DNA from: an uncultured Acidobacteriota bacterium
GTDB lineage: Bacteria > Acidobacteriota > UBA6911
Reading direction: 5' to 3'
Assembly (NCBI GenBank): GCA_963843575.1
Contig: CAWJKZ010000018.1
Coordinates: 64,001-128,000, forward strand
Length of the DNA: 64,000 nucleotides
The number at the start of each line of letters is the position of its first letter. The first letter of the stretch is position 1. A model generated the notes under the pieces. The model was not told where the DNA came from. It saw only the letters and a list, made by a program, of their open reading frames with translations, and searched no databases. The position numbers and the translations under genes are program-made. Positions 1 through 9,692 of the stretch are shown here, piece by piece.

Positions 1-1134
1 GAGCTGTTTGGCCGCGTAGTAGCGCTTCTTGGGCGAATAGTGATGGTTGTCGTTGCGCATCAGACCGTAGTAAGTCATCTCGCGGTCGTGTTCGTGGTGG
101 TTGTCGAAGGCATCCCAGAACAGTGCCGCGCGGGCGCCTTCGTTGATGGAACGCAGGGCACGGCGCGTGGCTTTCAGCGACTGCAGCTTCCACTCGGCCT
201 CGGGAGAGCGGTCGGGCGCGCCCAGGTCGCCGTACTCGGTGAGCCAGACACGCACGCCCGGATGCCGGCTGTTCGCGATGGTCTGGAGATGGCGGGCGAA
301 GGCGCCTCTGCCTTCGCCGTAGGTGTGAAGCGACAGAACGACCACGTTCTTCATCAGGTCGTCTTCGGCGACGATGGGGCCGACGTAGTCGGTGTTTTCG
401 TTGGACTGATCGGCGGCCACCAGTTTGATGTCCCCCAACCCTTCGTGGCGCATGAGTCGCACCAGCGTCGACAGCACCTTGGGCATTTCATCGGGGTCGA
501 TCCGCGGTCCCTCCACCGGGAAACAGTCGGTCTCGTTCAGGGGGCTGAAGAACTCGAAGTCGATGTGTTCGCGGAAACGCGCGTGAAGCAACATCGAGAC
601 CGCCGTCTCGGCGAACTCTTCATACATCGTCGGGTTCAGATGGTAAGGCCGCGTATAGCCGCCGGCGCGGATCTGCTCGGGCGACTTGCACGGCTTGTAC
701 GAGAGCGGCCGGGCGGTGTCGTCGTTCATCCAGTCCGGCGTAATGCCGCTGAGTGTGAGAAAGGGCCGGATGCCCAAGGAATTCAGGTAGCGGGCTGCTC
801 GCCAGGATGGCTCGAAGTAGGCCGTCGTGTAGCGGTCGCTGTAATACTCGTCGTTGCGGTGTTGCGGATCGGCATCATCGTTCTTCGCCTCCCAGTTTGT
901 CTGGCCGTAGGGATCCAGGCGGAAGAGGGTTGCGCCGAGGTCCTTCACGAGCAGGTCGATCATGGGCTTCTGCGAGTCGCGGAAATAGGAGCCGTTGAAG
1001 TTCACCCCGAAGCCGTCCATGGTCTGGAATCGCCGGTCGGGGTGCAGCTCGATGCGGATGGGTGCAGGCGCCTGCGCGGCGGCCAACAGGGTCAGTAGCG
1101 CGACCAGAGGCATGAGCGAAAGACGCCGGATCAT
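1..1134 (-). CDS. Secreted clan GH-A glycoside hydrolase, GH30-like (3' end runs off the window)
   Basis: Not in the ORF track because it has no stop in the window. Hand translation from ATG 1134: signal peptide MIRRLSLMPLVALLTLLAAAQA, GH30-like RFQTMDGFG, acid/base FSPLNE, nucleophile VWLTEYG, C-terminal YYAAKQL. Confidence 0.7.
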   Translation of the reverse strand, partial: MIRRLSLMPLVALLTLLAAAQAPAPIRIELHPDRRFQTMDGFGVNFNGSYFRDSQKPMIDLLVKDLGATLFRLDPYGQTNWEAKNDDADPQHRNDEYYSDRYTTAYFEPSWRAARYLNSLGIRPFLTLSGITPDWMNDDTARPLSYKPCKSPEQIRAGGYTRPYHLNPTMYEEFAETAVSMLLHARFREHIDFEFFSPLNETDCFPVEGPRIDPDEMPKVLSTLVRLMRHEGLGDIKLVAADQSNENTDYVGPIVAEDDLMKNVVVLSLHTYGEGRGAFARHLQTIANSRHPGVRVWLTEYGDLGAPDRSPEAEWKLQSLKATRRALRSINEGARAALFWDAFDNHHEHDREMTYYGLMRNDNHHYSPKKRYYAAKQL

Positions 1135-1179
1135 GGTGAGTCCTTTCCCTGTCCCGGACTGGTGTGTTGATCTTCTGCG

Positions 1180-2100
1180 TCAGGACTGCATGGACTTGGC
1201 TAGCATCCTCTCCCAGATCTCGCGTTGCGCGATCAGGGCCGCAACCCGGTCCGGCACTTTGGCGCTGGCCTCGAGCAGTTGCCACCCGCCCCAGCCCATC
1301 CGCACCAGAAGATCCATCTGCAGCTGGTAGGGGAATCCCGGTTCATTGAGTTCGTGCAAGTGAAGCGTGTCGCCCAGGAGTCCCTTGACGAGATTCAGAT
1401 TGGCCTCGAAGCCGTCGCCCTGCGCGTCGCGCCTGTCGCTGTTCAGCTTCACCCGGACACAGCGTTGCGTTACGCGATCCATGATCGCGCGAATGCTCTT
1501 CAGGTCTCCGGCCGAGCCGTGCGCCTCGAGCCGCACCTGCTGCCCGTAGTCTGCGGCAAATGCGCCGACGGCATTCAGAGCTTCGGCCACCTGGGCGATC
1601 GTTTTCTCGCGGGGGATTTCGCTGTGATAGTCGTTGACGAACACGCGCACACCACTTGCGCCGACGTCATGGCTCAGCTTGACGTAGCCCTTGGAGTTTT
1701 CGATCGCGAGCCTGACCTTCTCGGGGTCCGGGAAATCAAACCGCTCGCCGCTCGCGATGCCGACAAGGACCACCGGACTGTCCGAAAACTGTTTTTTTAC
1801 TTCCCGGCGCCGCGACTCGCTCAGCTCGAGTTCGACGCCGTGGGCGTATTTCTCACTGGTGCGCAATTCGACGCCGAAGACGCGCGCCTTCCGGCAATTC
1901 GCTATCATCCCCGGAATATCCCAATCCTTTCCCCACTGGTAGGAGGTCAAGCCGAAGCGGGTCTTTGCTGCCGGTACCTTACCCTGGGCAGCGGCGAAGA
2001 AATCCGCGCCCCCCAAGATGCCTGCCGAGGCTAAGCCTGCTGACGTCTGCAGGCCCTGTGCCAGGAATGTGCGACGCGATTGCTTCCGAGATTGTTGCAT
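1180..2100 (-). CDS. Tat-exported sugar-phosphate isomerase/epimerase (xylose-isomerase-like TIM barrel)
   Basis: SRRTFL twin-arginine signal; GVELR, RLEAHG and LHLHE metal-binding motifs. Confidence 0.8.
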   Translation of the reverse strand: MQQSRKQSRRTFLAQGLQTSAGLASAGILGGADFFAAAQGKVPAAKTRFGLTSYQWGKDWDIPGMIANCRKARVFGVELRTSEKYAHGVELELSESRRREVKKQFSDSPVVLVGIASGERFDFPDPEKVRLAIENSKGYVKLSHDVGASGVRVFVNDYHSEIPREKTIAQVAEALNAVGAFAADYGQQVRLEAHGSAGDLKSIRAIMDRVTQRCVRVKLNSDRRDAQGDGFEANLNLVKGLLGDTLHLHELNEPGFPYQLQMDLLVRMGWGGWQLLEASAKVPDRVAALIAQREIWERMLAKSMQS

Positions 2101-2182
2101 GATCAAGTCCTTTGCCCGATTGAGTTTCTCAGTGTTTATCGCGTCGGCGGGGAAGGGGCAAGCAAAATGTGAGAACCCGGGC

Positions 2183-2782
2183 CTATGCTGGCCGGGCGGA
2201 AGAGGGCCGGGCGATTTCGTCGGCGACCTCGCTGATCAGCAGGACCTGAAACAGCGATCCGACGAAGTGAAATGCGCTGACGTCGCCCGGATTCGCGGAA
2301 CAGACGGGCGCGAACAGGAGGTCGAGCAAACGGCGGCGCTCGCCCGCATCGAGTTCCGGCTTTTTCCGCCGGGCCCAGTGCCACATTTCCTCGTAGAGGA
2401 ACCAGGCGGAACCTGCGCAAACCGAAGCCAGACCCGCCTCCCACGCCTTCACGTGCTGTCGCGTCGCAAGAGACATCAATCCCTCGCTCAGGATGCCGCT
2501 CACGATGGACAGGGCCAGCTCACGGGCACCCTGGGGTTCGAGAAAACGCTCCACCACGATTCCGCTGATGCTTGCGATGTCCAGCTTCGACGCCAGCTCG
2601 CTGTAATTGCGGGACTCGGTGCTGGTGCGCACCTGCTCGAGAAAGCGCTGGTACTCGCCGAGGATGACCCACACCCGGCCTCCCGGCGGCACGCCGGATT
2701 CAAGCAACTCGGCCCGCAGTTGCCACAGATTCCCGGTTGTTGGACAGCTGAGGGTCCTGCTCAGCGCGTCTGCCAGCGGCAT
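2183..2782 (-). CDS. Hypothetical helical protein, 199 aa
   Basis: Protein-like composition, RBS-like GAAGGGG upstream, divergent from the cysteine synthase operon; no motif recognised. Confidence 0.6.
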   Translation of the reverse strand: MPLADALSRTLSCPTTGNLWQLRAELLESGVPPGGRVWVILGEYQRFLEQVRTSTESRNYSELASKLDIASISGIVVERFLEPQGARELALSIVSGILSEGLMSLATRQHVKAWEAGLASVCAGSAWFLYEEMWHWARRKKPELDAGERRRLLDLLFAPVCSANPGDVSAFHFVGSLFQVLLISEVADEIARPSSARPA

Positions 2783-3191
2783 GAGAGTTCACCCCTTCCC
2801 GACGGGGAACGATTTAACCACAAGAGTGCCCCGAAACACCCGAAAGAATCGAGGACGGTCCTATGCGCCGTGACGGCTGGCAAGGGAGCCACCGCGAACA
2901 CGAGAGCGCCGGGACCCAGGGCCGGCAAGTCTCCTCGGGGTGTGGCTCTCCGGCTCCTGGCCGGCCCGCTCGGAACCCTGAATTGCATCTCACGCGACGC
3001 CAGGCTTGAAGAGTGATGGCAACCGTCGAGATCCGTGTCCGGAGCCCGTTTCGTGCCGACCTGTGCGTCGATCCCGGTCTGCGGGACAACTCCGGTTTAC
3101 AGATGGGCAAGAGATTGGTACTCTTACGTAAACGTAATGGTGGACAGAAGGTTTCAATTCGGGTGGCCACCAGCGTCGGGTGGAAACGAAA

Positions 3192-4133
3192 ATGGCACAG
3201 CAAGCCCTCTGGATGGATCAATGGGTCGACCCCGGTCTTCTGTCTCATGTTGGCAATACCCCCCTGCTGCGGCTCGCGCGGATCACGGCGCATCTCCCCC
3301 AGCGCGTTCAAGTCTTCGCAAAAGCCGAGTGGTTCAACCCGGGAGGGTCGGTAAAGGACCGTGCGGCACTGAGCATCATCGAGGCCGGGGAACGCACGGG
3401 AGAACTCACTCGGGATAAGATCATCCTCGATGCGACCTCCGGTAACACCGGAATAGCCTACGTGATGATCGCGGCAGCGAAAGGCTATCGGGTCCGACTC
3501 TGCCTCTCCGCGAACGTAAGCCCCCAGCGCAAGAACATCCTCCGGGCATACGGCGCGGACATCCTTTTCACGGATCCGGGCGAAAGCTCCGACGGCGCCA
3601 TCCGAAAAGCGCGCCAGCTGTATGCCGAAGCCCCGGGCCGTTACTTCTATGCCGACCAATACAACAACGAAGCCAATTGGCGGGCACACTACCTGACGAC
3701 AGGGCCGGAGATCTACGAGCAAACCAGCGGCCGCATCACGCATTTCGTGGCAGGCCTGGGTACCGGCGGCACTTTCGTGGGGACCGGACGGCGCCTGCGC
3801 GAGTACAACGGGCGCATTCAGCTCATCTCAGTCGAGCCGGACTCGGGATTTCACGGCCTCGAGGGGTTGAAACACATGGCGACCGCCATTGTTCCAGGAA
3901 TTTATGATTCTAGGTTGGCGGACAGCGCGATGCGGGTGGGCACCGAAGAATCATACGCGATGGTCCGGAGGCTGGCGCGGGAGGAGGGCCTGCTCGTCGG
4001 CATCTCTTCGGGCGCGGCTGCCGTGTGCGCCCTCCGTGTTGCGTCGGGATTGAAAGAGGGCGTGGTCGTGACAGTCTTTGCCGATTCCGGCGACAAATAC
4101 CTGACCCACCGCTTCTGGAGCGAAGGTGAATGA
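3192..4133 (+). CDS. cysM: PLP-dependent cysteine synthase (CysK/CysM family)
   Basis: VGNTPL, NPGGSVKDR (PLP lysine), ATSGNTG, GLGTGGT, GISSGA, DSGDKYL. CysM type is inferred from the adjacent JAB and sulfur-carrier genes. Confidence 0.88.
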   Translation: MAQQALWMDQWVDPGLLSHVGNTPLLRLARITAHLPQRVQVFAKAEWFNPGGSVKDRAALSIIEAGERTGELTRDKIILDATSGNTGIAYVMIAAAKGYRVRLCLSANVSPQRKNILRAYGADILFTDPGESSDGAIRKARQLYAEAPGRYFYADQYNNEANWRAHYLTTGPEIYEQTSGRITHFVAGLGTGGTFVGTGRRLREYNGRIQLISVEPDSGFHGLEGLKHMATAIVPGIYDSRLADSAMRVGTEESYAMVRRLAREEGLLVGISSGAAAVCALRVASGLKEGVVVTVFADSGDKYLTHRFWSEGE

Positions 4134-4552
4134 GCCTGAAAATGTCATCCGGTCTCCTCGAGAAAATTCGCGAACACGGACGAAGCGCCTACCCGCACGA
4201 ATGTTGTGGCCTTCTGCTGGGGAGGTCCGACCGCTCCACGAAATCTGTGGTCGGGCTGAGGCCTGCGGTCAACAATCGGGAAGACTCGCCCGGGAACCGC
4301 TATCTGATCTCCGCCCTCGACATGTTGCAGGCAGAGCGTGAGACACAGGCGAATGGCCTGGAGATCGTCGGTATCTACCATTCGCACCCTGACCATCCTT
4401 CGCGTCCCTCGGAGTATGACAGGGAGCACGCCCTGCCCGGGTACTCCTATGTCATCGTAAGCATCGCCAGCGGGGACGCGGTGGACCTGAAATCCTGGCA
4501 CCTCCGGGATGACCGTTCGGAATTCGAGGCCGAAGAGCTGGTATCAGACTAG
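4130..4552 (+). CDS. JAB/MPN+ (M67) metalloprotease, Mec-like
   Basis: PHECCG and YHSHPDHPSRPSEYD (HxH-x7-S-xx-D); ATGA overlap with the cysM stop. Confidence 0.92.
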   Translation: MSLKMSSGLLEKIREHGRSAYPHECCGLLLGRSDRSTKSVVGLRPAVNNREDSPGNRYLISALDMLQAERETQANGLEIVGIYHSHPDHPSRPSEYDREHALPGYSYVIVSIASGDAVDLKSWHLRDDRSEFEAEELVSD

Positions 4553-4566
4553 AAATGGAGAGAGCA

Positions 4567-6000
4567 ATGCCCGTGAGAGTCCATATTCCTACCCCGCTCC
4601 GGCAGTATGTAGGACAAACCGCAGCGCTCGACGTCGAAGGGAACACCGTGGGAGAGGCGCTGGATCAGATATCCAGGGCCTATCCGGACATCAGGAGGCA
4701 CCTCTACAACGACGACGGAAGGCTTCGCAGCTTCATCAATGTGTATGTCAACGATGAGGACGTCCGCCACCTGCAGCAGGACAGGACGCCGCTGAAGGAA
4801 CAAGACGAGATCCGCATCATCCCCTCCATCGCGGGTGGGAGTACGGTCATGGCGGAAGCCACCCTCAGTCCAGCGGAAGTGCTGAGATACAGCCGCCACC
4901 TGATCATGCCCGAAGTCGGCATGGCAGGCCAGTTGAAGCTCAAGGCCGGGAAGGTGCTGGCTGTAGGGGCTGGGGGGCTTGGTTCGCCGCTGGCCCTGTA
5001 TCTTGCGGCGGCTGGGGTGGGAAAGATCGGCATCGTCGACTTCGATGTCGTCGACCTCACCAACCTCCAGCGGCAAATCCTGCACTCGACGGAGTCCGTG
5101 GGGAGACCCAAACTCGAGTCGGCGAAAGCGCGTCTGGAGGCACTCAACCCGGAGATCAGCATCGAACTGTACGAGACAAGACTGACCTCCGAAAACGCCC
5201 TCGACATCCTGAAAGACTACGATGTAGTCGCCGACGGGACCGACAACTTTCCAACCCGCTACCTCGTCAACGACGCCTGCGTACTTCTCGGCAAACCGAA
5301 TGTTTACGGCAGTATTTTCCGCTTCGAAGGCCAGGCTTCCGTCTTCGGCCTGCCGGGTGGGCCGTGTTACCGGTGTCTCTATCCCGAGCCGCCGCCGCCC
5401 GGGCTCGTGCCCAGCTGTGCCGAAGGGGGAGTACTGGGCATCCTGCCAGGGACGATCGGGGTCATCCAGGCAACCGAGACGGTGAAGTTGCTTCTCGGCA
5501 TCGGAGAGCCCCTGTCCGGGCGTTTGCTGCTCTTTGACGCACTGGGCATGAGCTTCAAGACGCTCAAGGTCAGGAAGGATCCCAACTGCCCGATTTGCGG
5601 CGAAAATAGAACCATTCATCGGCTCATTGACTACAAGCAGTTTTGCGGCATTACCTCCGAGTCGCCGGATGTCGGCGACACCGCTCTGAGCATCGAGCCG
5701 CCCGAGCTCAAGCACCTGATCGACAGCAACAAACCCCTCTATCTGCTTGACGTGCGCGAGCCCCAGGAATGGCAGATCTGCAGGATTGCGGGCGCGCACC
5801 TGATTCCGCTGGGCCGGCTGTCGGCAAGCCTGAACCAGTTGAACACGGCCGACGACATCGTGGTCTACTGCCGCAGTGGCGTGCGTAGCGCCAAGGCGGT
5901 GGAGTTGTTGAAAAAGTCGGGGTTCAAGAGGGTCAGGAATCTCGACGGCGGCATACTAGCCTGGGCCGACAAAGTCGATCCCACCCTGCCGAAGTATTAA
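4567..6000 (+). CDS. moeB: Fusion of MoaD/ThiS/CysO ubiquitin-like sulfur carrier, MoeB/ThiF E1-like adenylyltransferase and rhodanese
   Basis: N-terminal VHIPTPLR...INVYVNDEDVR...IIPSIAGG; then RYSRH, GAGGLG, NLQRQ, CYRC, PSCAEGG, CPIC; C-terminal LDVRE, YCRSGVRS, LDGGILAW. One continuous frame. Confidence 0.93.
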   Translation: MPVRVHIPTPLRQYVGQTAALDVEGNTVGEALDQISRAYPDIRRHLYNDDGRLRSFINVYVNDEDVRHLQQDRTPLKEQDEIRIIPSIAGGSTVMAEATLSPAEVLRYSRHLIMPEVGMAGQLKLKAGKVLAVGAGGLGSPLALYLAAAGVGKIGIVDFDVVDLTNLQRQILHSTESVGRPKLESAKARLEALNPEISIELYETRLTSENALDILKDYDVVADGTDNFPTRYLVNDACVLLGKPNVYGSIFRFEGQASVFGLPGGPCYRCLYPEPPPPGLVPSCAEGGVLGILPGTIGVIQATETVKLLLGIGEPLSGRLLLFDALGMSFKTLKVRKDPNCPICGENRTIHRLIDYKQFCGITSESPDVGDTALSIEPPELKHLIDSNKPLYLLDVREPQEWQICRIAGAHLIPLGRLSASLNQLNTADDIVVYCRSGVRSAKAVELLKKSGFKRVRNLDGGILAWADKVDPTLPKY

Positions 6001-6273
6001 TCTCCTCGGGCAGCATGCAGCCTGCCGCGCGACGAAGGTCGATCCGATCGTGGTGCTGCGGTACGAGTAACAAGCCACTGCCATACCACGCTGCCGGCGT
6101 TGGGATCCGGTCGCTAGAGCCACTCCGCTCTCACTTGGGTGCAACCGCCGACCCGATGCCGCCGGCAGGGCCGATGAGGTTGGCATTCCCCCGAACGCTC
6201 GTGATCCGGACAAACTTCGGCAAATATGTAGAAGGTTCGGACGCTTCGGCCGACAAGTATTAAGAGGCGGACA

Positions 6274-6357
6274 ATGACATACACGCTTTTCCTCTGGATC
6301 GTCATCACGGTGATGTTCGCGTTGTCGTTACTTGCGGCCACCTGGGTGAAAAAGTAG
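6274..6357 (+). CDS. Putative 27-aa single-transmembrane small protein MTYTLFLWIVITVMFALSLLAATWVKK
   Basis: Hand-read. AGAGG RBS about 6 nt before ATG 6274, an uninterrupted hydrophobic helix and a basic KK tail; below the ORF-track cutoff. Confidence 0.45.
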   Translation: MTYTLFLWIVITVMFALSLLAATWVKK

Positions 6358-6439
6358 GCCGTATTACTGGCAACCACTGATCTGCTGCGGGGTTGTCCAC
6401 TTGACCGGCGACCAGATAGCCGGGTTGTGGATTACGTGG

Positions 6440-6655
6440 GACAGCTTCGCCGTCATGACGCATCCGAAACACTTTCCAGCGAGCAACCAGGCCACCGCGC
6501 GGTTCAGTTCCACCCGCTTGCCGGCGGAGGCAACCGCTTCCTTAACAACCTGCCCGGTTGTGCCGGAATACGTCGCGGTGGCTGGGAACAGCGCAGACGC
6601 CACCACGGAGTGGTTCGTCAATCCGCGTGCGGGCGATCTGAGACTTACCGTTAGT
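6440..6655 (+). pseudogene. Possible eroded C-terminal remnant of a beta-helix-type exported protein
   Basis: GNRFLNNL in one frame, then GNSADATTEWFVNPRAGDLRL in another, resembling the FVDPxxGDxRL tail of beta-helix proteins; no intact gene. Confidence 0.25.
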
Positions 6656-6868
6656 GGGCCGCTCAGGGTTGTGCGGACTTCGCGTTCTGCTGGCTGCGCG
6701 CCGAGTCAAGAAAAAGGGCTGGAGAATTCGACTGGCAATCCTGCACAATAGCCGGTGGCCGAGTTCCGTTCCCTCGAGTGATCTCCCTCGCGCCGTCATT
6801 CGAGGCAGGATTCACCAGCTGGTTCGGCCTTGCGTCCGACGAGGTATGCTCTTCAAGGAAAAAGAAAA

Positions 6869-8272
6869 ATGACCAAGAGACGTGACTTCATCAAGACAAG
6901 TGTGGCCGGGGCTGCTGGATTGGCAATTGGAGGCATCGGATTCAATGCAAGCTCCTATGCCTCGATTATCGGGGCAAATGACCGCATCAACCTTGCCGTC
7001 ATCGGCATCCGGAACCAGGGTACCGTGCACATCAACCGGTACTGCGACCTCAAAAACGGCAAGAACGTCATCATCAAGACGCTCTGCGACGCGGATGAGC
7101 GGCTGTTTCCGCCCGCGGTTGAGATTGTCAACAAAAAGACGGGCGTTCAGCCCCTGACACAATGGGATCTCAAGAGAGTGCTGGACGACAAGGAAATCCA
7201 CGCCGTATCCATCGTCACGCCGAATCACTGGCATGCACTGGCGACGATCTGGGCCTGTCAGGCCGGCAAACATGTATACGTCGAAAAACCGGTCTCCCAC
7301 AATGTCTGGGAAGGTCGGAAGATGATCGAAGCGGCGCGCAAATACGACGTGAGAGTTCAGGTCGGGTTGAATAACCGCTCGTCGGCGAATGTGATCGAGG
7401 CCATCAAGTTCCTGCACGAAGGCGGCATCGGAGAGGTTTTCACGGCCCGTGCCCTATGCTTCAAGGCCCGCGATTCGTACGGGATTGCCAAGGATAGCCT
7501 GCCGCCCGCCACGTTCCACTACGACCGTTGGCTGGGACCGGCGCCTTATCGCCCGTACAACGAAAAACGGAGTCACTACAACTGGCACTGGTACTGGGAT
7601 ACGGGAAACGGAGACACCGGAAACACGGGACCCCACCAGCTCGATCTTGCGCGCTGGGGAATGAACCTGAACGAGCACCCGGTTTCGATCCATAGTGCGG
7701 GCGGTCTTTACGGGTTACGTCAGGAGGAAGGCAACAACCCGACTCCGGGCAAAATGGTATATGGCGGAGTGGAGACGTATGGCCGCGACAAAACCTCCCA
7801 GGAAACGCCCAATACGCAGACGGCTGTGTTCAAGTACCGCGACGGGAGGATGATCGAGTTCGAAGCCCGGGGCCGATACACCAATCACGAAGGAAGCCGT
7901 GGCCAGGAGGTCGGGAATCTCTTCTACGGTTCTACAGGGTGGCTCGAGATCGGCGGGTCCACCTGGAAAGCCTTCCGTGAACGGGAACGGGAGCCCTTCG
8001 CCGGCTCAAAGAAACGTGAGAGAGACTCGGAGGGCGATCATTGGGCCAATTTTCTCGACGCGGTGCGCTCGGGAAAGAACGAGGACCTTCACAGCGACAT
8101 CAATGAAGGTTTCTATTCGTCCGCCCTTCCTCTGCTGGCCAATATCTCGTATCGCCTTGACCGGTCCCTGAATTTCATGGGTGATTACGAGAAGTTTGCC
8201 AACGATCCTGAGGCCGATACCATGCTCACCCGGGCCTACCGTCATCCCTATGTTGTGCCGGAGGAAGTGTGA
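6869..8272 (+). CDS. Tat-exported Gfo/Idh/MocA oxidoreductase
   Basis: KRRDFIK signal, TPNHWH, HVYVEKP, WLGPAP, WHWYWDTGNGD, HQLD. Confidence 0.93.
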   Translation: MTKRRDFIKTSVAGAAGLAIGGIGFNASSYASIIGANDRINLAVIGIRNQGTVHINRYCDLKNGKNVIIKTLCDADERLFPPAVEIVNKKTGVQPLTQWDLKRVLDDKEIHAVSIVTPNHWHALATIWACQAGKHVYVEKPVSHNVWEGRKMIEAARKYDVRVQVGLNNRSSANVIEAIKFLHEGGIGEVFTARALCFKARDSYGIAKDSLPPATFHYDRWLGPAPYRPYNEKRSHYNWHWYWDTGNGDTGNTGPHQLDLARWGMNLNEHPVSIHSAGGLYGLRQEEGNNPTPGKMVYGGVETYGRDKTSQETPNTQTAVFKYRDGRMIEFEARGRYTNHEGSRGQEVGNLFYGSTGWLEIGGSTWKAFREREREPFAGSKKRERDSEGDHWANFLDAVRSGKNEDLHSDINEGFYSSALPLLANISYRLDRSLNFMGDYEKFANDPEADTMLTRAYRHPYVVPEEV

Positions 8273-8547
8273 CTGTGCCTGTTTCGGGGTGTGGAGAGCC
8301 CCGGCCGGATCCATGGAACTTGAAGAGTTGAGGCCCCCGGCGTTTGTATCGATGATGCAGGCGTCCCGAAGCATGCATCGCTTCCCATCTTCACCAAGTG
8401 TGCTTCCGTGCTCTTGCGTGGGCATCCGAGGCTAATGATACGCTCACTCGAAAGCACTGGATTTGATCACCAACTGGGTGCTGGCACGGGGACCGAAAGC
8501 CCGCAAGTAGACCTAGCAGGAGGCCGGGCCGGGTGGGACTTTGCGCA

Positions 8548-9258
8548 TCAGTTAGCGGGGATCTCGCGGATCTTGATGTTCCGGAACCAGCACTCATCCC
8601 TGTGATAGGTCAACATGACGTGTCCGCTGATCTTGGTCCCGAAGTCGGGGAATTTTGTGAACTTGCTCTGGGCAAGTCCCGCTTTCACCTCGGCGCTGCC
8701 GAGTTCGTACTCGAGCACCTTTTCGCTGTTCAGCCAGTGCTCGACGTGGCTGCCCTGGACGACAATGCGCGACAGGTTCCACTCTCCGGCAGGTTTGGCA
8801 GCCGTCCCGGGATCAGGCGTCAGGACATCGTAAAACGAGGCAGTTCCGTGGCGTGGGCCGTTTAGCTTGACCTCGTTCGCCGAGTCGTCGATCATCTGAT
8901 ACTCGTGCCCTGGCGCAGCGGGGCGCTCCTCCGTGACGAAGTACTTCACCCCGTTGTTCCCGCCGGCGGCTATTTTCCATTCCCAGCTGAACTCAAAGTC
9001 ATCGAACTTGTCCACCGTGATTAGACTGCTGCCGCTTACCTTCGGGATTGTCTTCAGGAGGGCGTCCTCGATTTTCCAGCTGGCGGGTATGCCCGCCTGC
9101 CGGTAGCCGCGCCACCCGTCCATGGAGGTGCCGTTGAAGAGGAGCTTCCAGCCCGTCGCCCTTTCGCCGGGGGTAAGCAGGTTCGGGTTCTCCTGCGCGA
9201 CTGAAGGCAGAGCCGCTGCGGAGAGCAACAGCAGGCTCAGGATGAATTTCTTTTCCAA
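8548..9258 (-). CDS. DUF1080 (3-keto-disaccharide hydrolase / 3-ketoglycoside lyase-hydratase family) exported protein
   Basis: TTG start after GGAGG, signal peptide, GWKLLFNG, GGNNGVKY, EYQMIDD, GEWN, VEHWLN, FRNIKIRE. Confidence 0.9.
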   Translation of the reverse strand: MEKKFILSLLLLSAAALPSVAQENPNLLTPGERATGWKLLFNGTSMDGWRGYRQAGIPASWKIEDALLKTIPKVSGSSLITVDKFDDFEFSWEWKIAAGGNNGVKYFVTEERPAAPGHEYQMIDDSANEVKLNGPRHGTASFYDVLTPDPGTAAKPAGEWNLSRIVVQGSHVEHWLNSEKVLEYELGSAEVKAGLAQSKFTKFPDFGTKISGHVMLTYHRDECWFRNIKIREIPAN

Positions 9259-9512
9259 GAGTTTTTCCTCCTGTTCCCGTTTCCCGCAGTGGCCGAAGAT
9301 ACCTGTGGGGGGCGTGGCGCGATTATAGGCGACCCGGATCGGTCCCGGGTAGCTGATTTGACGCCTGCGACGGCTCATCTCCATGCCCAATGGCCGCTCC
9401 TCTCATAATCGGCCATTGCACGGGAGACGAGACGGTGGCGAGCGCCCCCTGCCGCGGCAATCAAGCAGGACCTGCCGGGGCTCTACTGAACGGGGACTAC
9501 CGCCGGCGAAAC

Positions 9513-9601
9513 ACAGAACGCGGATTCCCACGGATTTGACGGATTCGTGTGGCCTGTCACCAGGTCAAAATCCGCGCCCATCCGCGAAAATCCGCGTCCT
9601 G
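9513..9601. repeat. Dispersed CGGAT/ATCCG hairpin repeat, divergent copy
   Basis: acagaacgcggatt...cctgtcaccaggtc...atccgcgtcctg matches the copies at 14.8, 16.7, 26.8 and 54.2 kb. Confidence 0.7.
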
Positions 9602-9692
9602 GAACGCCTCGGCCTCGGCAGTGCAACAAAATTGCCCTGCCGTGAAAGCGTGAGAGTGCGTCTTCCCGCTTCTACATTCGGGAGACCTGAGT

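Noticed and set aside
2790-3190. SAM riboswitch upstream of cysM
   Set aside because: Only a GGCAACC fragment is visible and the P1/kink-turn consensus could not be built; an Infernal/Rfam scan would settle it.
4130-6000. Ubiquitin-like antiphage system (CBASS Cap2/Cap3 or Bil type)
   Set aside because: No E2 or CD-NTase. The E1 carries a rhodanese and is linked to cysteine synthase, which indicates sulfur transfer.
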